Source of the DNA: Candidatus Entotheonellaceae bacterium
Lineage (GTDB): Bacteria > Tectomicrobia > Entotheonellia > Entotheonellales > Entotheonellaceae
NCBI GenBank assembly: GCA_965238075.1
Contig: OZ250173.1
Coordinates: forward strand, 352,001 to 416,000
Direction: 5' to 3'
DNA: 64,000 nucleotides
Part shown: in pieces, positions 1 to 12,078 of the stretch
How positions within the stretch are numbered: the first letter of the stretch is position 1
Layout of the letters: each line of letters begins with the position of its first letter
Notes under the pieces: generated by a model
Databases searched by the model: none
What the model saw: the letters and a program-made list of their open reading frames with translations, nothing else
Told to the model about the DNA's origin: nothing
Translations under genes and position numbers: made by a program

Positions 1-808
1 TGTCGAGGCTCTGCAGGACAAGGGCGCGGTATTCGTCGAGGAAATTTCCGATGTCCCGGCGGGCGCCACCGCCGTCTTCAGCGCCCACGGCGTCGCCCCC
101 ACTGTCTGGGCCGAGGCTGAGGCGAGGCAATTGCACATCCTCGACGCCACCTGCCCTTTGGTCACCAAGGTGCACCTGGAAGTGCAACGCTACGCCAGGG
201 AGAACTACAGCATCATCCTCATCGGCCACCAAGACCACGACGAGGTGATCGGCACGCGCGGCGAGGCGCCGGACCGCATTCAGGTAGTCGATTCAGTGGA
301 TAGCGTGCGGGACTTGACCGTGCCCGATCCGCGCAAGCTGGTGTGCCTCACCCAGACGACCCTCAGCATGGACGACACCGCTGAGATCATGGAAGCCCTG
401 CGAACGCGCTATCCGGCCATGACGCTGCCGGCCAAGGACGACATCTGCTACGCGACGCAGAACCGTCAGCGCGCCGTCAAGGCGATGGCCAGGGCGGTGG
501 AGATGGTGCTGGTCATAGGGGCCACCAACAGCTCGAACTCCAACCGTCTGCGCGAAGTGGCCGAGATGGCCGGCGTCAAGGCGATGCTCATTCAGCAGGC
601 CTCCGACCTTGATCCTGCCGCGTTTGCGGGCGTCACGCGGGTCGGGGTGACGGCCGGTGCCTCGACGCCTGAGTTTCTGGTGCAGGAGGTAGTTGCCTAC
701 TGCCGGCGCCTGGGTGTGGAGGAGGTCGACGACCTCACCGTTACAGAGGAAAACGTCAAGTTCATGCTGCCCGCGGAACTGACACGGGCGAAAGCCGAAA
801 CCTCTTGA
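1..808 (+). CDS. ispH: 4-hydroxy-3-methylbut-2-enyl diphosphate reductase (5' end outside window)
   Basis: Motifs SAHG, DATCPLVTKVH, TQTT, DICYATQNRQ, SSNS, TAGASTP; frame is open back to the window start. Confidence 0.95.
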   Translation, partial: VEALQDKGAVFVEEISDVPAGATAVFSAHGVAPTVWAEAEARQLHILDATCPLVTKVHLEVQRYARENYSIILIGHQDHDEVIGTRGEAPDRIQVVDSVDSVRDLTVPDPRKLVCLTQTTLSMDDTAEIMEALRTRYPAMTLPAKDDICYATQNRQRAVKAMARAVEMVLVIGATNSSNSNRLREVAEMAGVKAMLIQQASDLDPAAFAGVTRVGVTAGASTPEFLVQEVVAYCRRLGVEEVDDLTVTEENVKFMLPAELTRAKAETS

Positions 809-835
809 ATTAGGCAGAGTCAGGGATATTTCAGG

Positions 836-867
836 AGGTCGGATTTACCGCAAGCATAATCCGACCT
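836..867. repeat. REP-like intergenic palindrome
   Basis: AGGTCGGATT...AATCCGACCT between convergent genes; related copies at 38893-38922 and 40354-40385. Confidence 0.6.
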
Positions 868-896
868 ACATTGTGATCCGCATAGATAGCCGCGGA

Positions 897-1886
897 TCAG
901 GATTCGGCGTAGGGCACGGGCACCAGTTGGTCCGCTGCCTCCTTTTGATCCGCCTGCCACATGGCCAGCAGTTTTCGGGCAATCGGCCCGGGCCGGCCGT
1001 CACCCACCACTTGATCGTCCCACCGCACGACCGGCGCCACCTTCAGTGAGCTGCCAAGCAGCAGAATCTCGCGCGCCGCTCTCCACTCTTGTATCGGCAC
1101 GTTCCTCAGGGCGATGCCTTCTAAATCCCCCGAATTGACGAGCTGCCTGGCGAGATGCAGCATGCGCTGTGCCGTGATGCCGGTGAGGATGGCGTCGAAC
1201 GTGGGATGGCACAGCACGTTATCCGAGTTTACGAACGCCACGTTCATGTGCGAGCTTTCGGCCACGTATCCCTGCGCGTCGAGGAACAATCCATGATCGC
1301 CGCCGCGATCCTTGGCCTCCAGCAGCACCAGCGCATTGGGCAGGTAATTATTCGACTTCACTTTGGCGAAAAACGGCGGCTTGATCGGCACGGTGCTGGT
1401 GACGAGCTTGACGCCCTCGGTGTAGAATTGTTCGGGCTCCGGTTCCGACCGGAAAATCATGACGTAGAAACTGCTGGCGACGCATTCCCGCGACGACAGG
1501 CCAAAGCCGCCGGGGCCGACCGACAGCCAGTAGCGGACCGAGGCGTTGCGCTGGCCGCTGACGGCGGCGGTGTCGATGATGATCTGGCGCAACTGATGCG
1601 GCTCGAAGGGCAGCGGAATGCGCGCCATTTCCGCCGACCGCAGCAGGCGCTCGAGATGCGGGTCGAGTTGGTAGAGCATGCCGCCGACGATGGCCGCGGT
1701 GTCGAATACGGCGTGGCCGCGATGCACCATGTGATCATCGAGCGGCAGCACCATGAGCGGCGGGTCCGTGACGATGCCACCCAGAACGCTGGAATACATG
1801 GCGTGGAAGTTGTCCGCCCTGTCATGCCGCCCGCTGCGCAAACGCGCCACGGCCTCATCGCTTGTTAATCGCAACGTCGCTCCCAT
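897..1886 (-). CDS. Class IV PLP aminotransferase (D-amino-acid transaminase / ADC-lyase-like)
   Basis: LDDHMVHRGHAVFDT, HLERL, VKSNNY (PLP lysine), ILTGIT; start placed at the ATG after a GGGAGA RBS. Confidence 0.88.
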   Translation of the reverse strand: MGATLRLTSDEAVARLRSGRHDRADNFHAMYSSVLGGIVTDPPLMVLPLDDHMVHRGHAVFDTAAIVGGMLYQLDPHLERLLRSAEMARIPLPFEPHQLRQIIIDTAAVSGQRNASVRYWLSVGPGGFGLSSRECVASSFYVMIFRSEPEPEQFYTEGVKLVTSTVPIKPPFFAKVKSNNYLPNALVLLEAKDRGGDHGLFLDAQGYVAESSHMNVAFVNSDNVLCHPTFDAILTGITAQRMLHLARQLVNSGDLEGIALRNVPIQEWRAAREILLLGSSLKVAPVVRWDDQVVGDGRPGPIARKLLAMWQADQKEAADQLVPVPYAES

Positions 1887-2115
1887 ACGTTCTCCCTGAG
1901 GTATCCAAGCACGTTTATTGTGGGTGGCCGATCCGGCGCCATTGTGACCGATCGGGCGCAACCCGTCCAGACGGCGGGGGCGTCGTTTGACCGCATGGGT
2001 TGAAGCGACTATGATTGGAACCGCTCCAACCCAGAGTCACCAACGCACGGCTTGGCCGTCCGGCCAGCCACCCCGCAAACCGCCCAATCGTTCGCAACGC
2101 GCGAGGTTTTTCCCA

Positions 2116-3108
2116 ATGTCCCAGGTCTGTATCCGTGGCGTCGGCAGCTACCTGCCGTCGGCGCGCTTGACCAATGCCGACGTCGCCGAGCGATTTGGCA
2201 TCACGGAAGAGCATATCGTCAGACTTACGGGCATCCGTGAGCGCCGCCGTGCCGCGCCTGAGGAAGCCACCTCTGACATGGCCGTCAACGCCGCCCGGGC
2301 GGCGTTGATCGACGCCGGGCTGGCGCCTGACGCCGTTGAGTGTGTCATCGTCGCAACCGCTTCGCCAGACCACCTCACCCCCTCGACGGCCAATCTGGTG
2401 CAGCAAGCGCTGCAGTTGCCGACGGTCCCGGCCTATGACCTCAACGCCGGGTGCACGGGCTCCCTCTACGCCCTGATTACGGCCACCGGGTTGGCACGCG
2501 CCGGCGTCTGCGGCACTGCATTGGTCATCGGTGCCGAACTGGTTTCGCGCATGGTGAACGACGACGATCAGGAAACCGCCCTGGTTTTCGGGGATGGCGC
2601 CGGCGCCCTGGTTCTCCAGTCCGGAGAGGGGGTGAGCGGTGATCTGCGCGTCTTGGCTCATAGTTGGGCCAGCGACGGCAGCCTATCGGAGGTCATCAAA
2701 GTGCCGGCAGGGGGATCGCGGCGACCGGCCAGTCACCAGACTGTTGATGCTGGCGAACACTATTTGCGCATGAACGGCGGGCGCGTCTTCCGCTTCGCCG
2801 TGCGCGCCCTGACCAGCCTGGTGCATGACGTTTTGGAACGCGCCGGCCGCACGCTGGCGGACCTGCGGTTGCTGATCCCGCATCAGGCAAATTTGCGTAT
2901 CATTGAGGCGGCGGCGAAAAAACTGCCGCTTGATACCGCCAATATCATGGTCAACATTGACCGGTATGGAAATACGTCGGCGGCCTCCGTCATCGTGGCT
3001 TTGCACGAGGCACGTGAACAGGGGCGCTTGCAATCGGGCGACACCGTCGTCATGGCCTCATTCGGGGCCGGGCTGACGTGGGCGGCCGTCGCATTGGAAG
3101 TGGTGTAG
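2116..3108 (+). CDS. fabH: 3-oxoacyl-ACP synthase III
   Basis: AGCTG catalytic Cys, FGDGAGA, PHQAN, YGNTSAAS, FGAGLTW. Confidence 0.92.
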   Translation: MSQVCIRGVGSYLPSARLTNADVAERFGITEEHIVRLTGIRERRRAAPEEATSDMAVNAARAALIDAGLAPDAVECVIVATASPDHLTPSTANLVQQALQLPTVPAYDLNAGCTGSLYALITATGLARAGVCGTALVIGAELVSRMVNDDDQETALVFGDGAGALVLQSGEGVSGDLRVLAHSWASDGSLSEVIKVPAGGSRRPASHQTVDAGEHYLRMNGGRVFRFAVRALTSLVHDVLERAGRTLADLRLLIPHQANLRIIEAAAKKLPLDTANIMVNIDRYGNTSAASVIVALHEAREQGRLQSGDTVVMASFGAGLTWAAVALEVV

Positions 3109-3137
3109 AGGCGGGTCGCCGCCGGGAGGAGAACAAC

Positions 3138-4987
<1,850 letters not shown>

Positions 4988-5066
4988 ACCGTCTTGTAGA
5001 GGAATGGTGGATGATGCGCCGAGCGGCGTTTCAAGTCGGGAAGGATCTAGCTTGCGGCTGGGAGCA

Positions 5067-5150
5067 TGCCGGAGGTCGGACTCGAACCGACACGAGGTTA
5101 CCCTCACGGGATTTTGAGTCCCGCGCGTCTACCAATTTCACCACTCCGGC
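5067..5150 (-). tRNA. tRNA-Leu(CAA)
   Basis: Reverse complement GCCGGAGTGGTGAAATTGGTAGAC...CTCAAAA...GGTTCGAGTCC...CTCCGGCA; long variable arm; CCA not encoded. Confidence 0.96.
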
Positions 5151-5202
5151 AATGGCTGTGAGGCCGAAACCTTAGTACGGAACCCAGGGGGCTGTCAAGG
5201 CT

Positions 5203-5317
5203 TCCCCCTCCCTAACTCTCCCCCTAATGGGGGGAGGGAATCAGAGCACTAATGCTCCTCCACGAAGAGGGTTTTGTACTCCCTCTCCCCTGGAGAGAGA
5301 GGGCTGGAATGAGGGAG
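5203..5317. repeat. Pair of CCCTC(TC)CC...GGGAGAGGG-type palindromic intergenic repeats
   Basis: Two degenerate purine/pyrimidine-tract hairpins between tRNA-Leu and the sirC-like gene. Confidence 0.45.
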
Positions 5318-5361
5318 AAATATCGTCGGGCAGCCTGCCACAGCTACGGACCTACCGCGTC

Positions 5362-5994
5362 ATGGACGTTTACCCCATCTTCCTCACCGATCTGCAGTCA
5401 CGGCGCTGCGTCGTCATCGGCGACGATGCCGAGGCCGAGCGCAAAGTGGAAGGCTTGCTGGCCGCCAACGCAGCCGTGACCGTCATCAGCAAGACCCTCA
5501 CCGACAACCTGACCCTGTGGGTAGACGAACACCGCATCACCTGGCTCCCCCGTGCCTGTCAGCCAGGTGACCTGCGGGGCGTCTGGCTGGCCATCGCCAC
5601 CACCCGCGACACCGCCCTGGCCGCCCGCCTCAAAGACGAAGCGGAAACGCATGGCGTCTTGCTGAACGTCACGGACGACGTGCCCCACAGCAACTTTGTG
5701 GCCGGCTCCGTCATGCGCCGCGGGCCGCTCGCCATTGCCGTTTCCACCAGCGGCTGCTCGCCGGCGTTGGCCGCCAGGATACGGCAGCAATTGGAGCAGA
5801 CGTTTGGCCCGGAATACGCCGATTTTCTCGAATTGCTTGGCGACCTGCGCCAGTCCGTAGCAGCGCGCCACCCCGACTTCGAGGCGAGAAAAGCGCTATG
5901 GGGGCAACTGCTGGACTCCGATGTGCTCGACCTGTTGCGAAGGGGCGATGCTGAGCACGCACGTCGTCTGGCAGCCAGCTTGGCTGGGCTGTGA
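5362..5994 (+). CDS. Precorrin-2 dehydrogenase / sirohydrochlorin ferrochelatase (SirC / CysG N-terminal-like)
   Basis: YPIFL, AERKV, LNVTD, IAVSTSGCSPALA; usual GGG motif reads GDD here. Confidence 0.85.
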   Translation: MDVYPIFLTDLQSRRCVVIGDDAEAERKVEGLLAANAAVTVISKTLTDNLTLWVDEHRITWLPRACQPGDLRGVWLAIATTRDTALAARLKDEAETHGVLLNVTDDVPHSNFVAGSVMRRGPLAIAVSTSGCSPALAARIRQQLEQTFGPEYADFLELLGDLRQSVAARHPDFEARKALWGQLLDSDVLDLLRRGDAEHARRLAASLAGL

Positions 5995-6702
5995 GCGCGA
6001 CAGCAGGAGAGCCCAGTGCTGGCGCTAATCAATTTTCAGCTGCTGTAATCCGCTGGTAATGACAGCGGCGCCGGCACCTGCCACTGCGACCGCCTGCTTG
6101 CACATCTTCGTCTCGCCTCTTCATAAGCCGGACGCCGGAATTTCCCACCCCTCACTATCATTCCCTTCACCGCACCAATGATCAGCATTGACAACAGGCC
6201 ATTCGCGTGCGTGTTTCGATTTCTTCCAGCACAGCACGATGCGACTGCATGCGTTCCTTCAGCCTAAGATGCGCTGACCTCATGAAAGCTTCGAAATGGC
6301 AGCTCGCTTACCGTGACGAGGCGTTGGCCTGCGGATCTCCAATCCCGGAGCCAGTATGGTATCCCGGGCAGCTTGGCCCAGACACGCGCTTGTGCAGAAA
6401 TTCCGACACGCCACCGAATTGACAACGATCCTTCAGCTGCCTGAATCTCCAAAAAGTGACTGCATCGACGCCGGGTCTGGAATCCCATTGCCGAAGGGGA
6501 TATTGCGCGGTACGTGATGGGCCGCTTTCGGAACGGTGCGAAGCCCGAACTGGAGTAAGGACGAGATGTTACGCAGCCTTGAGGAGCTGGAGTTCATCAA
6601 AGGCATGACGCACGGTCTTGAGATAGAGCCGTGTCCACAAGGCAACGTGATTGAGCCCATGGGTCACACTGAGCCATGTCAAGCGGCACGCGGCAAATCG
6701 CC

Positions 6703-6744
6703 AGAGCCTGCCCCGGACTTGATCCGGGGTACGGGGCAGGCTCT
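6703..6744. repeat. Palindromic repeat with a 13-bp perfect stem
   Basis: AGAGCCTGCCCCG...CGGGGCAGGCTCT; degenerate second copy at about 31474-31510 shares TGATCCGGGGT.CGGGGCAGGCT. Confidence 0.65.
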
Positions 6745-6792
6745 GTTTGGGGTCGGTTGCGGAAAAGGGCGAAATGACACGCTAAGGAGAAG

Positions 6793-9221
6793 TCAACGTC
6801 TTTTTGGCCACCTGTATTCGCCGGTAAGCAGGATGTGGCCCCATCCGAGGGGCGAGGTGTGTGGCAGGAGCTCGGGGACGACGGGCAGACCGGCGTGTCT
6901 TCGCCTGGCGACCGCTTCGCCCAGCCGGGCGATGTTCCAGTAGATGACGATGGCAGCGAGCAGGTTGAGGCCTGCCATGCGGTAGTGCTGTCCCTCCGTG
7001 CTGCGATCCCTGATTTTTCCCTGGCGGCCGATGCGCAAGGCGTTCTTCAGGGCGTGGTGGGATTCTCCCTTGTTCAGGCCGATCTGGGCACGCCGCTGCA
7101 TGGCCGGGTCCAGCGCCCAATCGATCATGAAGAGGGTGCGCTCGATGCGGCCGATTTCGCGCAGCGCCGCGGCGAGGTCATTACGGCGCGGGTAGGCGGC
7201 CAGCTTGCGCAGGATCAGACTCGGGGCGACCGTGCCGGCGGCCAGGGTCGCCCCCAGCCGCAGAACGTCGGGCCAGTTCGACGCGATCAGCGATTGTCGG
7301 AGTTTGCCGCCGATCGGGCCGCGCAGTTCCTTCGGGCAAGCGGCCGGCTCGAAGACGGAGATGCGCTTGGAAGGCAGATCGCGGATGCGCGGCACGAACC
7401 GGTAACCCAGGATCGAGGTGACGGCGAAGACGTGGTCGGTAAAACCGCCGGTGTCGGCGTACTGCTCGCGGATACGGCGGCCGGTCTCGTTCATCAGCAG
7501 GCCGTCCAGGATGTAAGGCGCTTCGTTGACCGTCGCCGGGATGATCTGCGTGGCGAAGGGTCCGAAGCGGTCCGACACGTGCGTGTACGCCTTCAGCCTG
7601 GGCTCGCTGCCGTACCTGGCATTGACCAGGTTCATGGCCTCGCCCTGGCGCGTGGTCGGAAAGAACTGGCCGTCGCTCGACGCGGTGGTTCCCATCCCCC
7701 AGAACGTCGCCATGGGCAGCTTGGCCTGTGCCTCGATCACCATCGCCAGCGCACGGTCCATGGCTTCGCCTTCGACATGCCAGCGCGACAGCCGCATGAG
7801 TTCCCAGTAGTCGTGGGTGTTGGTGGCGTCGGCCATCTTGCCGAGGCTGAGATTGATGCCTTCGGCCAGGAGCACGTTGAGCAAGCCGATCTTGTCGTTG
7901 CAGGGGGCGCCGGTGCGCAGATGGGACAGGACGGCAACCCCCCATAGCCTCTTTTCGCCCTTGGGCTGCGCATCGAGATAACGGTGCCGCTTGGAGGCCG
8001 GGCGCAGAAAGGCTCTCGGGCTGCTGTGGCTGCTGCCGTCGCGGATCAGCCTGGCGGCATCCAGCAGAGGCCGTGCAACCGGGGCGGCCTGGATATCGAG
8101 CGCCCGCAGCATTCGCGGGGCATAGCGTCGAAGGCGCCCGTGTCCCTGCGCCACGTGGGCCAGCGGGTCGTTCGACATCGTATCGGTCAAGCGTGCGGCC
8201 ACAGCCACCAGGTCGCTCAGCCCGTCCCAGCCCAGTTTTCCCGAAACGGCCTGTTCAAGCATGGCGGGTTGATGCCGGGCTTCGAGCAGTGCCTCGCCGA
8301 GATCGGCGAAGGATCGCAGGGTCCGGCGGACGGTTTTCCTGGCATCGTCGATGCGGGCATCGCAGAGTTTTTCTGCCTCGCGCCAGGTTCTGCTGACGAT
8401 GCGGTCATGGGTCTCGACGAGGGCGTCCGCAAGACCCGCCTGCCATTCCACGGCGCACACCGCCAGAATGGCCAGGCGGCGGCTGTCGAGCATCTCCCGC
8501 AGGCCGTCCGCGAAATAGCGTTCTCCCTGCCGCCTCAGGCGGGCAACGCGGTGGGCGGGTACGCCCTCGATGATCCGCTCGGAGAGACCGAGACGCTGCA
8601 GAAACTCCAGTCGATCCAGCAAGCGCCCGGCGACCGCGGCATTGTTGCCCGGCTCGGACTGCCGCAGCCAGACGAACCGCGTCACGCGGTTGTCCAGTGT
8701 TTCCGAAAGCAGCCCGTCGAGAGCCGTTCGTGCCGCGGTGTCGAGACGGCAGGCAGGATGAGTTGCCTTCGGCGGCATTCCTCGACGAGCCGTCTTGCCA
8801 GCTCCTCGTTGGACCGCGCCTCCTCGGCCTGCCCGTCGAGCCAGCCCTTCAGGTGCCGCGCCGCGCGTCCGGCGAACGTGCGGTAGCCGTAGATCGAACG
8901 CAGCGCCGTCATGTGTTCCTGGCGCGTCTGTCGCCGCGCCGCATAGGGCAGCAGCGACTCCACCGCGATGCCCAGCTGGACACCGACGAATTCCACTACC
9001 GGCGACGGGATCAGTTCGCCGGGCTGCAGCACGCGACCGGGATGGCGTAGGGCACAAAGCTGAAGGGCGAAGCCGAGGCGGTTTTCGGCGCGGCGGCGCC
9101 GGCCGATGTGTTCCAGATCATCATCAGCCAAGGTGTAGTGCTTTCGGAGCGACGTCTCATCGACCGGGAGATCGACCAAGGCGGAGCGCTGGCGGTCCGT
9201 GAGAATGGTTCGGCGGGGCAT
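6793..9221 (-). pseudogene. tnpA: Tn3-family transposase, frameshifted and internally deleted
   Basis: N-terminus (RRRAENRLGFALQLC) and C-terminus (SSDGQ, YADTGG, GLNKGE) are in different frames; about 810 codons versus roughly 1000 aa typical. Confidence 0.9.
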
Positions 9222-9263
9222 GGTTGGGTCAGTTCCGGCAAAGGTTGGACAGGCGACATGGGA

Positions 9264-9854
9264 TCAGGCGTCGAGGAGCCGTCCTTGAGCGTGCCGTCGG
9301 CGTGCAGGTAATGGTAGAGCGTGCTCGTGGGAATGCTGCCAAGCTCACGGCAGATGTCGGGTATCGAGCGCGTCTGGTCGGCCATGAGGTTCTGGGCGTA
9401 GCGCAGCTTCTCGGGGGTCATGACGCGGGGACGGCCGCCTTTGCGTCCACGCCCGCGCCGCCTTGACACCCTCGCGGATGCGCTGTCGGATGACGTTGCG
9501 TTCCATTTCCGCGAAGGCTGCCTGGATCTGCAGAAAGGCGCGGCCCGCCGGCGCGGTGGTGTCCATCGGTGAATTGAGGGCGCGGAACCCGACGCCGCGG
9601 TGGTCGAGGTCGTCGATCAGGGCGATGAGTTCGCCCGCCCGGCGGCCCAGACGGTCGAGGTCGAGGACGACAAGGACGCCGCCCTGGCGCAGGTAATCGA
9701 GACAGGCGGCCAAGTTCGGTCGGTCAGAGGCGGCGCCGGAAGCACGGTCCTCGAACACGCGCTCGCATCCAGCGTCGTTGAGGGCGTCGAGCTGGCGGTC
9801 GAGTATCTGACGGCCTTCGGCGGTGGATACGCGGGCGTAGCCAATGAGGCCCAT
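9264..9854 (-). pseudogene. tnpR: Serine resolvase, frameshifted near 9460
   Basis: IGYARVST, LDRLGR, AFAEMERN; the GRKGGRP-HTH tail is in another frame. Confidence 0.88.
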
Positions 9855-9993
9855 GGGGTGATGTCCTCGCGGTCTCGAAAACGTTGTCTTGAGCGTATTT
9901 TATCGTAAAAAGATATTTTCGGGGTTGTCGGGAAGATTTCGCAGCAAAAGGCGGGTCGTGAGGGCGTACTTCAGCGAGTCACGACAAAGAACT

Positions 9994-11666
9994 CAGACTG
10001 TGTGAAAACACCCTTTCTTGAAACCCACATACCGAACACGGGATACTGAGAACCATGGCACATATCACAGGTGATGACCGTTCTCAGATTCTGCTTCTTC
10101 CAGAAACCGTGGAAGACTATGGCGGCCCCGACAACCCGGTGCGCTTCGTCGACGCGTTCGTCGATGGCCTTGATCTGGAGGCTGCCGGCTTCCGGCGCGT
10201 ACAACCTAAAGCGACAGGACGACCGGGGTACGATCCGGGCGATCTCCTGAAGCTCTACATCTATGGGTACCTCAACCGCATCCGTTCCAGCCGGCGCCTG
10301 GAGGTGGAGACCCACCGAAACCTCGAGGTGATCTGGCTTCTGCGTCGCCTCCGGCCCGACTTCAAGACCATCGCGGATTTCCGGCGCGACAACCGCAGGG
10401 CGTTTCGCCAAGTGTTCCGGAGCTTTGTATCGCTGTGCCGCGAACTCGGCCTGTACGGACGTGAACTCCTGGCTGTCGACGGCACCCGCATCAAGGCGGT
10501 AAACAGCCGCAAGCGCAATTTCACGCGGGCGGGGCTCGACCACAGGCTCAAGAAGACTGACGAGCGCCTTGAGCGCTACCTGAAGGAAATGGACGAAGCG
10601 GACGCCCAGGATTCCGGCGGCAGCGCGAAATCCACCACCGACCTCGCGGCGAAAATCGAATCGCTGCGTAAACGCCGAGCAGCGCTTCAGGCTCATAAGA
10701 AGGCGCTCGAACAGAGCGGCGAGAGTCAACTCTCGCTCACCGACCCGGATGCCCGGGCGATGGAAGCACGCACCCGCGTTGCAGTGGGGTACAACGCCCA
10801 GATCGCGGTGGACACCAAACACAATCTGATCGCTGAACAGCAGGTCCACAGCAAGGTCTCGGACCTGGGCCTGCTGACCGAAACTGCGAGCGTGGCGCGT
10901 GGGAATCTCAAGGCGGAACGCATGGCTGTCGTGGCTGACAAAGGCTACTTCAAGATCGAGGACATCGAAGCTTGCGAAGCCGAGGGCGTAACGCCGTACG
11001 TGCCAAAGCCCAACCGCAGCCCTGCCCGTTCAGCCGGCCGCTTCCCGAAGTCGGCGTTCCATTACGACAAGGAAACCGACACCTATATATGTCCCAACGG
11101 CCAGCGCCTGTCGCCCACGTACGCCACGAAAGTCCGCAACACGCCTTTGACATGTTACGCCAATTTCCAGGCTTGTCGGGAATGCGGCATACGCGAGCGC
11201 TGCACGAAGTCATATTACCGAGGCATTGTGCGCTACGTGAACGAGGCCGTTCTGGAACGCATGGCGGAACGGCTCGCCAGGCGCCCCGAGATCCTGAAGC
11301 GCCGTGGCGAGAGCGTGGAGCATCCTTTCGGCTCCATCAAACAGTGGATGGGACAGGGCGCGTTCCTGATGCGGCGCCTTGAGAACGTGCGCGGCGAGTT
11401 CAGCCTTACCGCCCTTGCGTACAACATGCGGCGCGCGATCAACCTTGTCGGAGTTCCCACGCTCGTTGAAGCCGCGCACCCCTGATCGGGGTGTCCCCGG
11501 CCAAATCTCACCTCACACCGCGATTGAACCACCCAGTGCCTGCCATGAGCGACAAATCCGAGCCGCCTGGATTCCCCTGCAGCCGAATTATGGATGCTAC
11601 CAATCGACGACCGCATCACCTCTGAAGAGCTCAGGTCTCGCGCCCCGTGACTTTTCGCACGGTCTG
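9994..11666 (+). mobile_element. IS1182-family insertion sequence
   Basis: Ends CAGACTGTGTGAAAA and TTTTCGCACGGTCTG; 4-bp direct repeat AACT on both sides. Confidence 0.9.
10055..11485 (+). CDS. IS1182-family transposase
   Basis: RSSRRLE, PDFKTIADFR, VDGTRIKA, TDPDAR, ADKGY, VEHPFGSIK; intact 476 aa. Confidence 0.92.
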   Translation: MAHITGDDRSQILLLPETVEDYGGPDNPVRFVDAFVDGLDLEAAGFRRVQPKATGRPGYDPGDLLKLYIYGYLNRIRSSRRLEVETHRNLEVIWLLRRLRPDFKTIADFRRDNRRAFRQVFRSFVSLCRELGLYGRELLAVDGTRIKAVNSRKRNFTRAGLDHRLKKTDERLERYLKEMDEADAQDSGGSAKSTTDLAAKIESLRKRRAALQAHKKALEQSGESQLSLTDPDARAMEARTRVAVGYNAQIAVDTKHNLIAEQQVHSKVSDLGLLTETASVARGNLKAERMAVVADKGYFKIEDIEACEAEGVTPYVPKPNRSPARSAGRFPKSAFHYDKETDTYICPNGQRLSPTYATKVRNTPLTCYANFQACRECGIRERCTKSYYRGIVRYVNEAVLERMAERLARRPEILKRRGESVEHPFGSIKQWMGQGAFLMRRLENVRGEFSLTALAYNMRRAINLVGVPTLVEAAHP

Positions 11667-12078
11667 AACTGTTTGTCGTGGACCCGGAAGCGGGTTATAG
11701 GGGGCGGAAAAGAGAGCCCTCGAGGCTTAGAGTGTCATTTCGCCCTTTTCCGCAACCGACCCCGTTTTGTGAGAGGGTCCGATGCGGGTAGGCGGCATTC
11801 TGACGGTCTCGGAACCAGAGTGCCTACCCCCCGCTGTGCCTGAGGCGCCTCCGCCATCGCCGGTCCAGTTAAACGGGAAGTGCGTGAAGCTGGGCTCCAG
11901 GCTACGCCGTCTAACCCCACTGATTCGATGGGCAAGTTTCCAAGCCGAGACTTTCTTGGACCCAGCGGCCCAACATCGCGGGCAAGGCATAACTTGCTTA
12001 TCCCACAAGGTCGGGATGGATCACTTTGAGGGTGATGGCTCAGCACGGCTCATGGCGTAGATAAGCCTGCCGGACATT

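Larger units (their letters stand above)
6749..11763 (-). mobile_element. Tn3-family transposon (element 1), defective
   Basis: 38-bp IRs GGGGTCGGTTGCGGAAAAGGGCGAAATGACAC(G/T)CTAAG at 6749-6786 and 11726-11763 (1 mismatch); flanks share GTTT; contains tnpA, tnpR, res-like region and IS1182. Confidence 0.93.

Noticed and set aside
5995-6748. attR copy of the tmRNA 3' end, or an integrase, at the island's left edge
   Set aside because: No TGGAGGCGGCGGG-like duplicate was found by eye; short ORFs here could not be assigned.
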